From assembly GCA_965224205.1 (NCBI GenBank), contig CBDCYN010000013.1, forward strand, positions 125,647 through 189,646: 64,000 nt of DNA, given 5' to 3'. The position numbers and the translations under genes are program-made. Every line of letters begins with the position of its first letter. Within the stretch, counting starts at the first letter, position 1. Below the pieces are notes generated by a model that saw only the letters and a program-made list of their open reading frames with translations, was not told the origin of the DNA and ran no database searches. This DNA comes from Phycisphaeraceae bacterium. GTDB lineage: Bacteria > Planctomycetota > Phycisphaerae > Phycisphaerales > Phycisphaeraceae. This document shows positions 51,477-59,608 of this stretch, in pieces.

Positions 51477-52070
51477 CTAAATCGGGGCTGGGCAGCGTGA
51501 ACCCGACCGGTCCGACTGGAGCTTCGAATCGTCGGGACTATCGGGACACCCGGGGGGCACGATGTCGTCACCATCAACGCGGACGCCCCCGGGCCGCGGG
51601 TGTGGCTCGTCCAGATCCGGGGTCGGCGAATAGGCTTCGTCGTCGCTGCGGAGCAGATCAACCTCATCATCCGGGGCGACCGTTGGCAGCATGCGGGGTT
51701 GACCGCTGCGTAACGGGGATGTCTTCCCGACACGCGGGGGGCTCTTAGGCGGTAGGGCGGGTTGGAGCCGTGCCGGTTGACCGTTGATCACGACGGTGAA
51801 TACAACCGGCCCGATCGCGATCTCGTCTCCGGCTTTCAATGGGGCGACCTGGACGCGTTTATGGTTGTGGTACGTCCCGTTGCTTGAACCCAGGTCTCTA
51901 AGCGTCACGCCGTCTTTCTCGATCAGGATCTCGCAGTGCTCACGGGACACACTCGACAAAGGCACACGTAGCTCACAGCGTTGCGTGCGGCCGATCTTGA
52001 TGCGCGTCTTAGAGATCGGGAACTCTTTGCGGCTGCCGTCGGCCTTGAACATCACCAGCAGTACATCCAT
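51477..52070 (-). CDS. FHA domain protein
   Basis: 197 aa. Contains IKIGRTQRCELRVPLSSVSREHCEI...LRDLGSSNGTYHNHKRV, followed by a P-rich tail. Confidence 0.8.
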   Translation of the reverse strand: MDVLLVMFKADGSRKEFPISKTRIKIGRTQRCELRVPLSSVSREHCEILIEKDGVTLRDLGSSNGTYHNHKRVQVAPLKAGDEIAIGPVVFTVVINGQPARLQPALPPKSPPRVGKTSPLRSGQPRMLPTVAPDDEVDLLRSDDEAYSPTPDLDEPHPRPGGVRVDGDDIVPPGCPDSPDDSKLQSDRSGSRCPAPI

Positions 52071-52440
52071 GACGCGTTCCTTGTTTAAGGATATTATCGG
52101 AAACGATCTCCTTCAAGCCTCGATGTCCTCTCGTCTGCTGTTGGGCTGGCGACGGTGCCCCAAAGGACGAGGATGCAAACCAGTAAAAACAGAATTTTAC
52201 GTCAAAGCCGCGAGGGGCTGATCACACGCAATGGACATAAAAACCCAACAGGATACCCATTAATGTTATGGGACCCGACGACGCCATTCAACTAGGATCT
52301 CGTCCACGAAATGTTTGCCGCTAGCCATCGGTGGCTTACAAGACGGGGTATTACACTCAATGGATTAGAGGTAACCGGCAAGATATACCCATCCTGGATG
52401 AAATGGCGGCATGACTCGTCCACGCGGCAAGGAAACATCA

Positions 52441-52488
52441 GGTTCAGATGTACCTGTGACGCGGTGTTTTGATACGTGGTGCGTATAT
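52441..52488 (-). repeat. Repeat family A, truncated copy (one-end fragment)
   Basis: GACGCGGTGTTTTGATACGTGGTGCGTAT aligns with GACGCGGTCGTTTGATACGCGGTGTGTTT at 54337-54365. It directly abuts family B copy 3. Confidence 0.55.
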
Positions 52489-52489
52489 T

Positions 52490-52570
52490 GCCGGCTGCGG
52501 TAGGAGATCACGATCCGGCTAAGGATTATGGTGGGCCAGCCCCTTCCGACGCATCCTTACCTATTCAGGA
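52490..52570 (+). repeat. Interspersed intergenic repeat family B, copy 3
   Basis: GCCGGCTGCGGTAGGAGATCACGATCCGGCTAAGGATTATGGTGGGCCAGCCCCTTCCGACGCATCCTTACCTATTCAGG. TAAGGAT and ATCCTTA can pair. Confidence 0.65.
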
Positions 52571-52805
52571 CGCCCCCCCGCGAGCGTCCGTCAACCTTAA
52601 CCATAAAACAATGGGCTATGGGGGCCACTCGGCCTACCCGTTTAGACACGTGCGGCCCTTGTCTGAGCCACGGGCGTTGTGAGAAACCGCCGACACAAGG
52701 TGACCCAAGCGGTTGGTGCACGGGGCCGACTTGGTTTATCCTTAATATTAAGATCACGACCCTGATGGGATACGTCGCGTTCGAGATATCCGGCAGGGAT
52801 GACGC

Positions 52806-52952
52806 ATGACCATCCGTTTCCATTGCGAAGACTGTCAATCCAGGATCAAGGTCCCCGACGGCAATGAGGGCCGGCCGGTGAAGTGTCCCAAGTGTGGTCA
52901 CCGTCAGTACGTCCCGCACAAACCGACGCGGTTGACGGGCCGGGAGCTTTAG
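52806..52952 (+). CDS. Small zinc-ribbon ORF (48 aa), possibly the displaced N-terminus of the following ORF
   Basis: Manual translation gives MTIRFHCEDCQSRIKVPDGNEGRPVKCPKCGHRQYVPHKPTRLTGREL. It has two CxxC pairs and is not in the ORF track. Confidence 0.55.
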   Translation: MTIRFHCEDCQSRIKVPDGNEGRPVKCPKCGHRQYVPHKPTRLTGREL

Positions 52953-53893
52953 AATCTTCCGAGGCTCAACAAGACGATGACGACGCAACCCCGCTCGATG
53001 AGCTTGCTGGGGCCGCGCGTTTGGACGCACCGCGTACGGATCCTCCACCGACGGAAGGGGCACCCTCGCGGTCACCGCGGCCCGATTCCGATGACGCGCT
53101 GGCGTCACAAGCGGACGATCAGGAATACGACCAGGACGAGAGGATCGACGATCCCCTAGCGGCCTTGGCGGCACAGGCAGGGGGGGGAGACAGCTCAGCG
53201 ACGATGATCGAAAAGGCTCTCAACGAAAACACCGACGGGGAGGACGACCAGCCTCACGACAGCGACGATGATCCGGCTCGTGACGAAGCGGGCTCTGGCA
53301 GCACTACCGCTGCTGCGGACGTTGAAGAAAGATCCGGGCCTTCCGCTGCGGCCACGGTCGCCCGACCGCCCCATAAGCGCGCCGACGCCGATCGTCGTCA
53401 GCGGCCCGCCACCCCGGCGCGGGTGAACCAGCCGTCAGCTAAGCACAAGAATAAGACGCTCATCGCTAAACCCGCCTTGATCGAAGAACCACAAACCCCG
53501 CCTGCGACGCAACCCACCAAGCAATCGACGCCACGATCCGCCGCCGCGGGCCCGGTAGGGGTTTCATTATCGAAGACGAAGCCGCGTCGCTCTGGGCCAT
53601 CTCCCGGCCAGGCCGCGACGGTCGATCTATCACCCAGCCGGTCCAAACGCACCACGCATCAGCGGGCGGTCAGGTCGTACATCGCGCTGTTGATCGTGGC
53701 GTGGTTGCTTCGGGTGCTGGCGGTGCTGTCGATCGGTGGCGCGGTCAAGGTCATGCTGATCGCGATCGACGACGGGCGTCCCATCGCCTACCGGGCCCTT
53801 GTGCTGCTCGTCGGGGCGGTGGTCGCCACGGTGGTTTGGGGGGTCGCCGAGATCGCCGTAGCCGTGCGCACGATAGCCCGTCACGGCGGATGA
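52883..53893 (+). CDS. Hypothetical protein: acidic/basic low-complexity region plus two C-terminal TM helices
   Basis: 336-aa ORF with a GTG start that overlaps the zinc-ribbon ORF by 70 nt in another frame. C-terminal hydrophobic segments YIALLIVAWLLRVLAVLSIGG and ALVLLVGAVVATVVWGVAEIAV. Confidence 0.55.
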   Translation: MSQVWSPSVRPAQTDAVDGPGALESSEAQQDDDDATPLDELAGAARLDAPRTDPPPTEGAPSRSPRPDSDDALASQADDQEYDQDERIDDPLAALAAQAGGGDSSATMIEKALNENTDGEDDQPHDSDDDPARDEAGSGSTTAAADVEERSGPSAAATVARPPHKRADADRRQRPATPARVNQPSAKHKNKTLIAKPALIEEPQTPPATQPTKQSTPRSAAAGPVGVSLSKTKPRRSGPSPGQAATVDLSPSRSKRTTHQRAVRSYIALLIVAWLLRVLAVLSIGGAVKVMLIAIDDGRPIAYRALVLLVGAVVATVVWGVAEIAVAVRTIARHGG

Positions 53894-53951
53894 GCTGATG
53901 GACGTAAGGCGCGATGCCCCTGGTGCCGCGTCGGTACGGCTTCGTGGCCCC

Positions 53952-54170
53952 ATGAAACGACGGATCATCGGTTTCCATCAAGATGAAGACGGGCATTGGG
54001 TCGCCCAGCTCGAATGCGGCCACAATCAGCATGTACGCCACAACCCACCTTGGATAATGCGGCCATGGGTCGTGCATGAAGAAACACGACAGGCGAGGAT
54101 CGGGATGACGTTATTATGTGCACTTTGCGGCCAGACCGATCACCCGGTCGTAGAGATCGATCGCGTGTAA
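53952..54170 (+). CDS. DUF3565-like small protein
   Basis: ATG at 53952 gives MKRRIIGFHQDEDGHWVAQLECGHNQHVRHNPPWIMRPWV...LLCALCG, which matches my recollection of the DUF3565 pattern. Confidence 0.65.
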   Translation: MKRRIIGFHQDEDGHWVAQLECGHNQHVRHNPPWIMRPWVVHEETRQARIGMTLLCALCGQTDHPVVEIDRV

Positions 54171-54256
54171 CGTGTAGCCCATCGGAGGCGGTTGTCGCTT
54201 CCGCGTCCGTGTTGGGAGGATGACATGTCCCTCTTGGTTCGGTTCAGGTTGATGTG

Positions 54257-54366
54257 GCATCAACGATACCGATCCCAGATAAAAATACGGCGTGACTCAC
54301 GTACGCGGCGGGGAAATCTTCGGTGTCCAACACATACTCGACGCGGTCGTTTGATACGCGGTGTGT
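54257..54366 (-). repeat. Interspersed intergenic repeat family A, copy 3
   Basis: The reverse complement aligns over about 110 nt with copies at 32026 and 37789. Confidence 0.75.
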
Positions 54367-55214
54367 TTAGTGCACTACCCAGATTGATCTTTCAGTGAGG
54401 TTTCATGATGGTGCGCCGTCGACACATTCGCGATCAAGTTCTGGTGTGCGCTGGGCATGGTAGAGTCGATGAGTCTGTTCGATAAGCGTTTGCATTATGT
54501 TTGAATCACGCCATACTGAGAGCAGGCAAATGGGTATCGAACCTTTCAGGGCGGCTTTGATGACTGGGTTGTTTTTTTCAGATCGCGTCGCATGGGTTTG
54601 CATGAACAACCGAACCCACCCTAGCAGCGCCGCTTCTTCCTCTCTACTCGAACGCCTCCACGCGACAAGGAAGGCACGCCAACAATCCCCGATAGACCTA
54701 CCACCCGAGAGTGCACCCGATACATCGTGGATGAGTGATCGACGATCAACCTGATCGACCTGCCGGCCGTTAAGGCGGGCCTACTCGCTTATGTACATCG
54801 TTCCCATACTTCGCTTACGCAAGATCATACGGCACAGCGCTAATGCTCATCGCAACCCTGTGCCCGGCCGTTGTCGCTTCGGAATGAACCTGTTCCAACA
54901 CGATGGGATCCGTTGAACGGGATCGTTTGAAAGGCTTCGTTTGTCAGGGATCAATCCCAGATTCTTCCTGTCTTTCAGCCCGCGACGACGCCTGCCGGAG
55001 ATCGCTCGAAACGATGCATGAATGTCTCAACAGACGATCACGGACACGCTAACTGTGTTCCTGACACGAGCTTTGCTCAAGATGACAGATGTTTACTGCC
55101 GATAGATTTTTCACGATCGTGAAGTTGTCGAAGTTGTCGTTGAAGCAACGGGTGACCGCATGAACAAAACAATTGGACGCACGCTCCGAGGATGTCTTGA
55201 AAGGATGAAAGCCG

Positions 55215-55526
55215 ATGGCTAAGAAAACCGTGAAGAAGGCCAAGAAGAAGGCCGCCAAGAAAACCGTGAAGAAGGCCGCCAAGAAGACTGTGAAAAAGGC
55301 TAAGAAGAAGGCCGCCAAGAAGACCGTGAAAAAGGCTAAGAAGAAGGCCGCCAAGAAGACCGTGAAAAAGGCCAAGAAGAAGGCCGCCAAGAAGACCGTG
55401 AAAAAGGCCAAGAAGAAGGCCGCCAAGAAGACCGTGAAAAAGGCCAAGAAGAAGGCTCCTAAGAAAACGACCAAAAGGAAAGCGGTGAAGAGAACCACGA
55501 CGAAAAAGGCTAGGAAGCGCACTTGA
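55215..55526 (+). CDS. Lysine/alanine-rich tandem-repeat protein (histone H1-like / nucleoid-associated-like)
   Basis: 103 aa: MAKKTVKKAKKK, then repeats of AAKKTVKKAKKK, then APKKTTKRKAVKRTTTKKARKRT. GAAAGGA SD upstream and a strong terminator downstream. Confidence 0.75.
   Translation: MAKKTVKKAKKKAAKKTVKKAAKKTVKKAKKKAAKKTVKKAKKKAAKKTVKKAKKKAAKKTVKKAKKKAAKKTVKKAKKKAPKKTTKRKAVKRTTTKKARKRT
55218..55454 (+). repeat. 36-bp in-frame tandem repeat (about 6.5 units) inside the lysine-rich gene
   Basis: The unit GCCGCCAAGAAGACCGTGAAAAAGGCCAAGAAGAAG repeats head to tail with a few synonymous differences. One unit is shortened to 24 bp. Confidence 0.9.
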
Positions 55527-55637
55527 GAAGGTCGGCGCATTAGGCCGATCTTGATCACCCAGACCCCAGCTTCACGTGGTGATGGTTCATCCGCGATATA
55601 AATCTACGATAAAACAACCTCGGAGCAGGTGAACCCC

Positions 55638-55665
55638 AAAGCGCCCTGATCAGGGCGCTTTTTTT
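55638..55665 (+). terminator. Rho-independent terminator
   Basis: Perfect palindrome AGCGCCCTGATCAGGGCGCT followed by a T7 run, about 110 nt after the lysine-rich gene stop. Confidence 0.8.
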
Positions 55666-55670
55666 GTGTC

Positions 55671-55792
55671 GATAACGTTCTGAATTATGCGCACATTTGA
55701 AAAAGCAGCTCTCCGATTGGATGGTGTTGATTCTTAGGACAACCCCATACAAGGAGAACTGCCATGACGGACACTACCTTTGTGTCTTCACC
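55671..55792 (+). mobile_element. Degenerate IS256-like left-end remnant (interrupted by the IS481-like element; continues at 59525)
   Basis: GATAACGTTCTGAATTATGCGCACATTTGAAAAAGCAG...CAAGGAGAACTGCCATG parallels the first ~95 nt of the intact IS256 copies, with many substitutions. It diverges after the ATG. Confidence 0.6.
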
Positions 55793-55927
55793 TGTATTAG
55801 TTAAGACTTCATCTGACGCTTCCGTTAATCTTTGTTTCTCACAGAAGGAGACCGTCAGATGACCACCGACCAGAAGATCATTGCCAACAAAGTGGGGTTG
55901 CTCAAGCTGGCCCAGGCGCTGGGCAGC

Positions 55928-57369
55928 GATAACGTCCTGAATCATGCGCACATTTGAAAAGGCAGTTCTCCAGGTGGATGGTGTTGGTGAGTTAAACAAC
56001 CCCATTCAAGGAGAACTGCAATGGATCAGGGTACTGGATCGGACCGCGGGATGAAAGAGGTGTTTCGGATCGACGAGGCGAAGGTTCGGGGTCACGTGGA
56101 CCGGGTGGTACGTGAGTCCGTGGAGCAGACGTTGAACCAGCTGCTGGATGCCGAAGCCGAGGTGTTGTGCGGGGCTGGGCGGTATGAGCGCAGCGATGCC
56201 CGCAAGGATACGCGGGCGGGCCACTACCAGCGGAAGCTTCACACGAAGGCGGGTCAGGTGTCGTTGAAGGTGCCACGGCTGCGGAGCTTGCCGTTCGAGA
56301 CGCAGATCATCGAGCGGTACAAGCGTCGCGAGAGCAGCGTCGAGGAAGCGTTGATCGAGATGTACCTGGCCGGGGTGAGCGTGCGTCGGGTCGAGGACAT
56401 CACGGCGGCGTTGTGGGGCACGAAGGTCAGCCCATCGACGGTCAGCGAGCTGAATCAGAAGGTCTATCAACAGATCGAGCAGTGGCGGAACAAGCCGATC
56501 GAAGGTGAACACCCGTATGTATATCTCGACGGGATCAGCCTCAAACGCTCGTGGGGTGGTGAAGTTCGCAACGTGTCGGTGCTGGTGGCGATCGGCGTGG
56601 CGACGGACGGGTATCGTGAGGTGCTGGGGATCGCCGAGGGGGCCAAGGAAGACAAGGCGGGTTGGCTGGCGTTCCTGCGTCACCTCAAGACGCGGGGCCT
56701 GCGTGGCGTGAAGCTGTTTATCAGCGATGCGTGTCTGGGTCTGGTCGAGTCGCTTGGCGAACTCTATCCCGAGTCGTTGTGGCAGCGGTGCGTGGTGCAC
56801 TGGTACCGCAACGTGTTTAGCATCACCCCCAAGGGCAAGGTCCAGGAGGTGTCGGCGATGCTCAAGGCGATCCACGCCCAGGAAGATCGTGAAGCGGCGT
56901 TGAAGAAGGCCGAGGATGTGGCGAACAAGCTTGAGTCGATGAAACTGCCCAGGGCGGCCCAGCTGGTGCGTGCGTCGGTCGAACAGACGCTCAGCTACAT
57001 GAGCTTCCCCCGTGAGCATTGGCTTCGGATCCGCACGAACAACCCGTTGGAGCGGATCATGCGTGAGATCCGCCGACGCACTCGGGTGGTGGGCAGCTTC
57101 CCGGACGGGCAATCGGCGTTGATGCTCTCGGCAGCGAGGCTGCGACACGTCGCCGGTACCCGTTGGGGCACGCGGCGGTACTTGGATATGAAACGGCTCG
57201 ACGAACAGGAACAACAACAGGAAGAACCGATGAGCGTGGCGGTGTAGCCGCGCGAAGTTTGGTTGCCCCTCCGCTCGGGCTCACTACGTTCGCCCTCACT
57301 GCGGGCCAACCAAACTTACATCCACCGGAGACCGCCTGATCAAATGTGCGCAACTTGACACACACTACC
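55928..57369 (+). mobile_element. IS256-family insertion sequence, copy B (1442 bp, intact)
   Basis: Flanked by a perfect 8-bp TSD TGGGCAGC (55920-55927 and 57370-57377). I found 4 substitutions relative to copy A. Confidence 0.95.
56021..57247 (+). CDS. IS256-family (Mutator-like) transposase
   Basis: 408 aa. Differs from the copy A protein at 2 residues (L/F, Q/E). Confidence 0.95.
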   Translation: MDQGTGSDRGMKEVFRIDEAKVRGHVDRVVRESVEQTLNQLLDAEAEVLCGAGRYERSDARKDTRAGHYQRKLHTKAGQVSLKVPRLRSLPFETQIIERYKRRESSVEEALIEMYLAGVSVRRVEDITAALWGTKVSPSTVSELNQKVYQQIEQWRNKPIEGEHPYVYLDGISLKRSWGGEVRNVSVLVAIGVATDGYREVLGIAEGAKEDKAGWLAFLRHLKTRGLRGVKLFISDACLGLVESLGELYPESLWQRCVVHWYRNVFSITPKGKVQEVSAMLKAIHAQEDREAALKKAEDVANKLESMKLPRAAQLVRASVEQTLSYMSFPREHWLRIRTNNPLERIMREIRRRTRVVGSFPDGQSALMLSAARLRHVAGTRWGTRRYLDMKRLDEQEQQQEEPMSVAV

Positions 57370-58505
57370 TGGGCAGCGTGTCGCGGGCGTGCAAGGTGAT
57401 GGGGTATTCCCGGGATAGCTTCTACCGGTTCAAGCAGCTCTACGACCAGGGCGGGGAGTTGGCCCTTCAAGAGATCAGCCGCAAGAAGCCGATCCTGGCC
57501 AACCGCGTCGACCCCGAGATCGAGCAAGCCGTGGTCGCGTTCGCGATCGAGCAGCCCGCTTACGGGCAGGTGCGGGTGTCGAACGAACTCAAGAAGCAAG
57601 GCAAGCTCATCTCACCGGGCGGGGTGCGAAGCGTGTGGCTGCGGCATGATCTTGAGACGTTCAAGAAGCGACTCAAGGCACTCGAAGCCAAGATGGCTCA
57701 GGACCCCGACCACACCGTGCTGACCGAAGCCCAGGTCGTGGCGTTGGAAAAAGCCAAGCAAGACAAGCAGGCCCACGGTGAAATTGAAACCGAACACCCC
57801 GGCTACCTCGGGGCTCAAGACACGTATTACGTGGGCACGATCAAGGGCGTGGGCCGGATCTATCAGCAGACGTTTATCGATACGTATACGCGGGTGGCGC
57901 ACGCAAAGCTCTATGATCGCAAGAACGCCCTCGTGGCCGCGGATCTGCTCAACGACCGGGTGATCCCGTGGTACGAACAGCACGACGTGGACCTGCTACG
58001 CATCCTCACCGACCGCGGCACGGAGTACTGCGGGAATCGTGAGCACCACGAATATCAGCTGTACCTGGCGATCGAGGACATCGATCACACCAAGACCAAA
58101 GCCCGAAGCCCGCAGACCAACGGGATCTGCGAACGGCTGCACAAGACGATGCAGGACGAGTTTTATAGCATCGCGTTCCGCAAGAAGATCTACACGAGCC
58201 TCGAAGAACTCCAAGCCGACTTGGATGCGTGGCTGGTGACGTACAATGAACAGCGACCCCACAGCGGCCGCTACTGTTACGGCAAGACCCCGATGGCGAC
58301 GTTCAAGGATTCGATCCCGTTAGCCCACGCCAAGCGGCTCGATGGCTCTTCTCTAGAAGGGGTTCGGGTGAGCGAAGCGAACGAGAGCCGAGCCGAGGAT
58401 CTGGGCGTCACCCAAGGCGCGATCGAGGCGCGGACGAAAGACACTCGAAGCGGCAGTCTTGCTGTTGCCAGATAACTCTCGCGTGTCAGATGAAGTGGTG
58501 TGTTA

Positions 58506-59517
58506 GAGCGTTTTGCGTCAATAATCGCCATATCCGCAAGAGGTGAAGTAGTTTTGGCACTCGGTGGGCGTGACGTCTGTCAGGGCATCGGCGATGGCGT
58601 CTTGGAGCGTGCCGAAGGTCTTGGCGGCGACGCGGCGTAGCCACGCCTTGACCTTGCTCCACAGCTTCTCGATCGGGTTCAGGTCCGGGCTGTACGGGGG
58701 CAGGTACCCCAGGTCGGCGTCGACGGCCTCGATCGCTTCGCGCACCGCGGCGGCTTGGTGACTCGAGAGATTGTCCATCACGACCACGTCACCCGGGCGC
58801 AACGACGGGGCCAAGAACTGCTGGGTGTAGGCCAGGAACGTCGCCGAGTTCATCGGGCCATCGACCACGACCGTCGCACCTTGGATCACCCCGTCGAGCC
58901 GGATCGCGCTGAGCATCGTGAGCGTCTTCCAGCGGCCGTGCGGGGTGCGGTCCACGCAACGCTGCCCGATCGGCGACCAGCCATACAGCCGGGTCATATC
59001 CGTCTTGGCCCCAGATTCGTCGAGGAAAACCAGATGGGCCGGGTCCACGAACCGCCGGGCGATCGTGAAGTTGTGGCGGCGTTGGGCCACGTCGGGGCGA
59101 TCTTGCTCGGCGGCGATCAGCGACTTCTTTTGAGCGACAGCCCCAGCCGCTTCAACGCCCGGCACACCGTCGATTCCACGACGCCCAGGTTCAGCATCGC
59201 CCTCAACTGCTTGGCCGTGATCCCCGGCTTGGCCGCCACCGCCTCACGCATCCGTTGCTCATCGGCCGCCGTAAGCTTGACCGACCCCTTGGGCCCCGGC
59301 ACCCCCGGCGTCAACACGCCCCGGCGGTGCCGATCACACCAGTCGCGAACCGTCGACCTCGCCACTCGAAACTGTCGTGATACCCCCGTGATCGTCTGAC
59401 CCGACTCGGCGGCCCATACCACCCGCTTACGTAGATCCATCGAATACGCCATGACCTTGGCCTCCTTGCCAGAAATCTCTCTTATCGGCCAGCGGCGATT
59501 AATTACGCCAAGCGCTC
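58506..59517 (-). mobile_element. IS630-family-like insertion sequence, element 3, inserted in the right IR of the IS481-like element
   Basis: IRs (TA)GAGCGTTTTGCGTCAATAATCGCC and (TA)GAGCGCTTGGCGTAATTAATCGCC. TA at 58504-05 and 59518-19. Confidence 0.8.
58518..59452 (-). CDS. IS630-family DDE transposase in two frames (-1 shift at C AAA AGA AG near 59125-59135)
   Basis: orfA starts MAYSMDLRKRVV (HTH) with an AAGGAGG SD. orfB has FLDESG...MDNLSSH...LPPYSPDLNPIEKLW. A -1 slip restores LGLSLKKKSLIAAEQDRPDV. Confidence 0.75.
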
Positions 59518-59608
59518 TAGTACACTTCACCTCGCTGCAGATGTCCTGATCAGCGGCGGTTCCGCTCCGTGGCCCAACGCCCGACCCAACCCCACCGGAT
59601 GGTTTATA

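Larger units (their letters stand above)
55859..58475 (+). pseudogene. IS481-family integrase-core transposase gene split by IS256 copy B (5' part 55859-55927, 3' part 57378-58475)
   Basis: Joining across the 8-bp TSD restores MTTDQKIIANKVGLLKLAQALGSVSRACKVMGYSRDSFYRFKQLYDQGG. The 3' part has rve-type motifs (DTYYVG...TDRGTEY...NGICERLH...RPHSG). Confidence 0.85.
55793..59524 (+). mobile_element. IS481-family-like insertion sequence (about 1268 bp originally) carrying two nested IS insertions
   Basis: Imperfect IRs TGTATTAGTTAAGACTTCATCTGAC and TGTACTAACACACCACTTCATCTGAC (right end reconstructed across IS630-like element 3). A perfect 7-bp direct repeat CTTCACC lies at 55786-55792 and 59525-59531. 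Confidence 0.75.

Noticed and set aside
54403-54754. 68-aa (minus) and 85-aa (plus) ORFs between DUF3565 and the lysine-rich gene
   Set aside because: They have no recognisable motifs, no SD and an overlapping antisense arrangement. The support is insufficient to call genes.
55218-55454. Possible CRISPR array (regular 36-bp repeats)
   Set aside because: The repeats are directly adjacent with no spacers and are in frame within a coding sequence. There are no cas genes.
55049-55558. 169-aa minus-strand ORF with FFLAFFTVFLAA repeats that looks like a repetitive membrane protein
   Set aside because: It is the reverse-complement reading of the lysine-rich 36-bp repeat. The plus-strand gene has the SD and the terminator, and the minus-strand ORF has neither.
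55766-55777. ACGGACACTACC resembling the IS256 right terminus (CACACACTACC), suggesting a MITE-like deletion derivative
   Set aside because: The essential inner part of the right IR (TCAAATGTGCGCA) is absent and the match is only 8 nt. I treat the locus as a degenerate left-end remnant.
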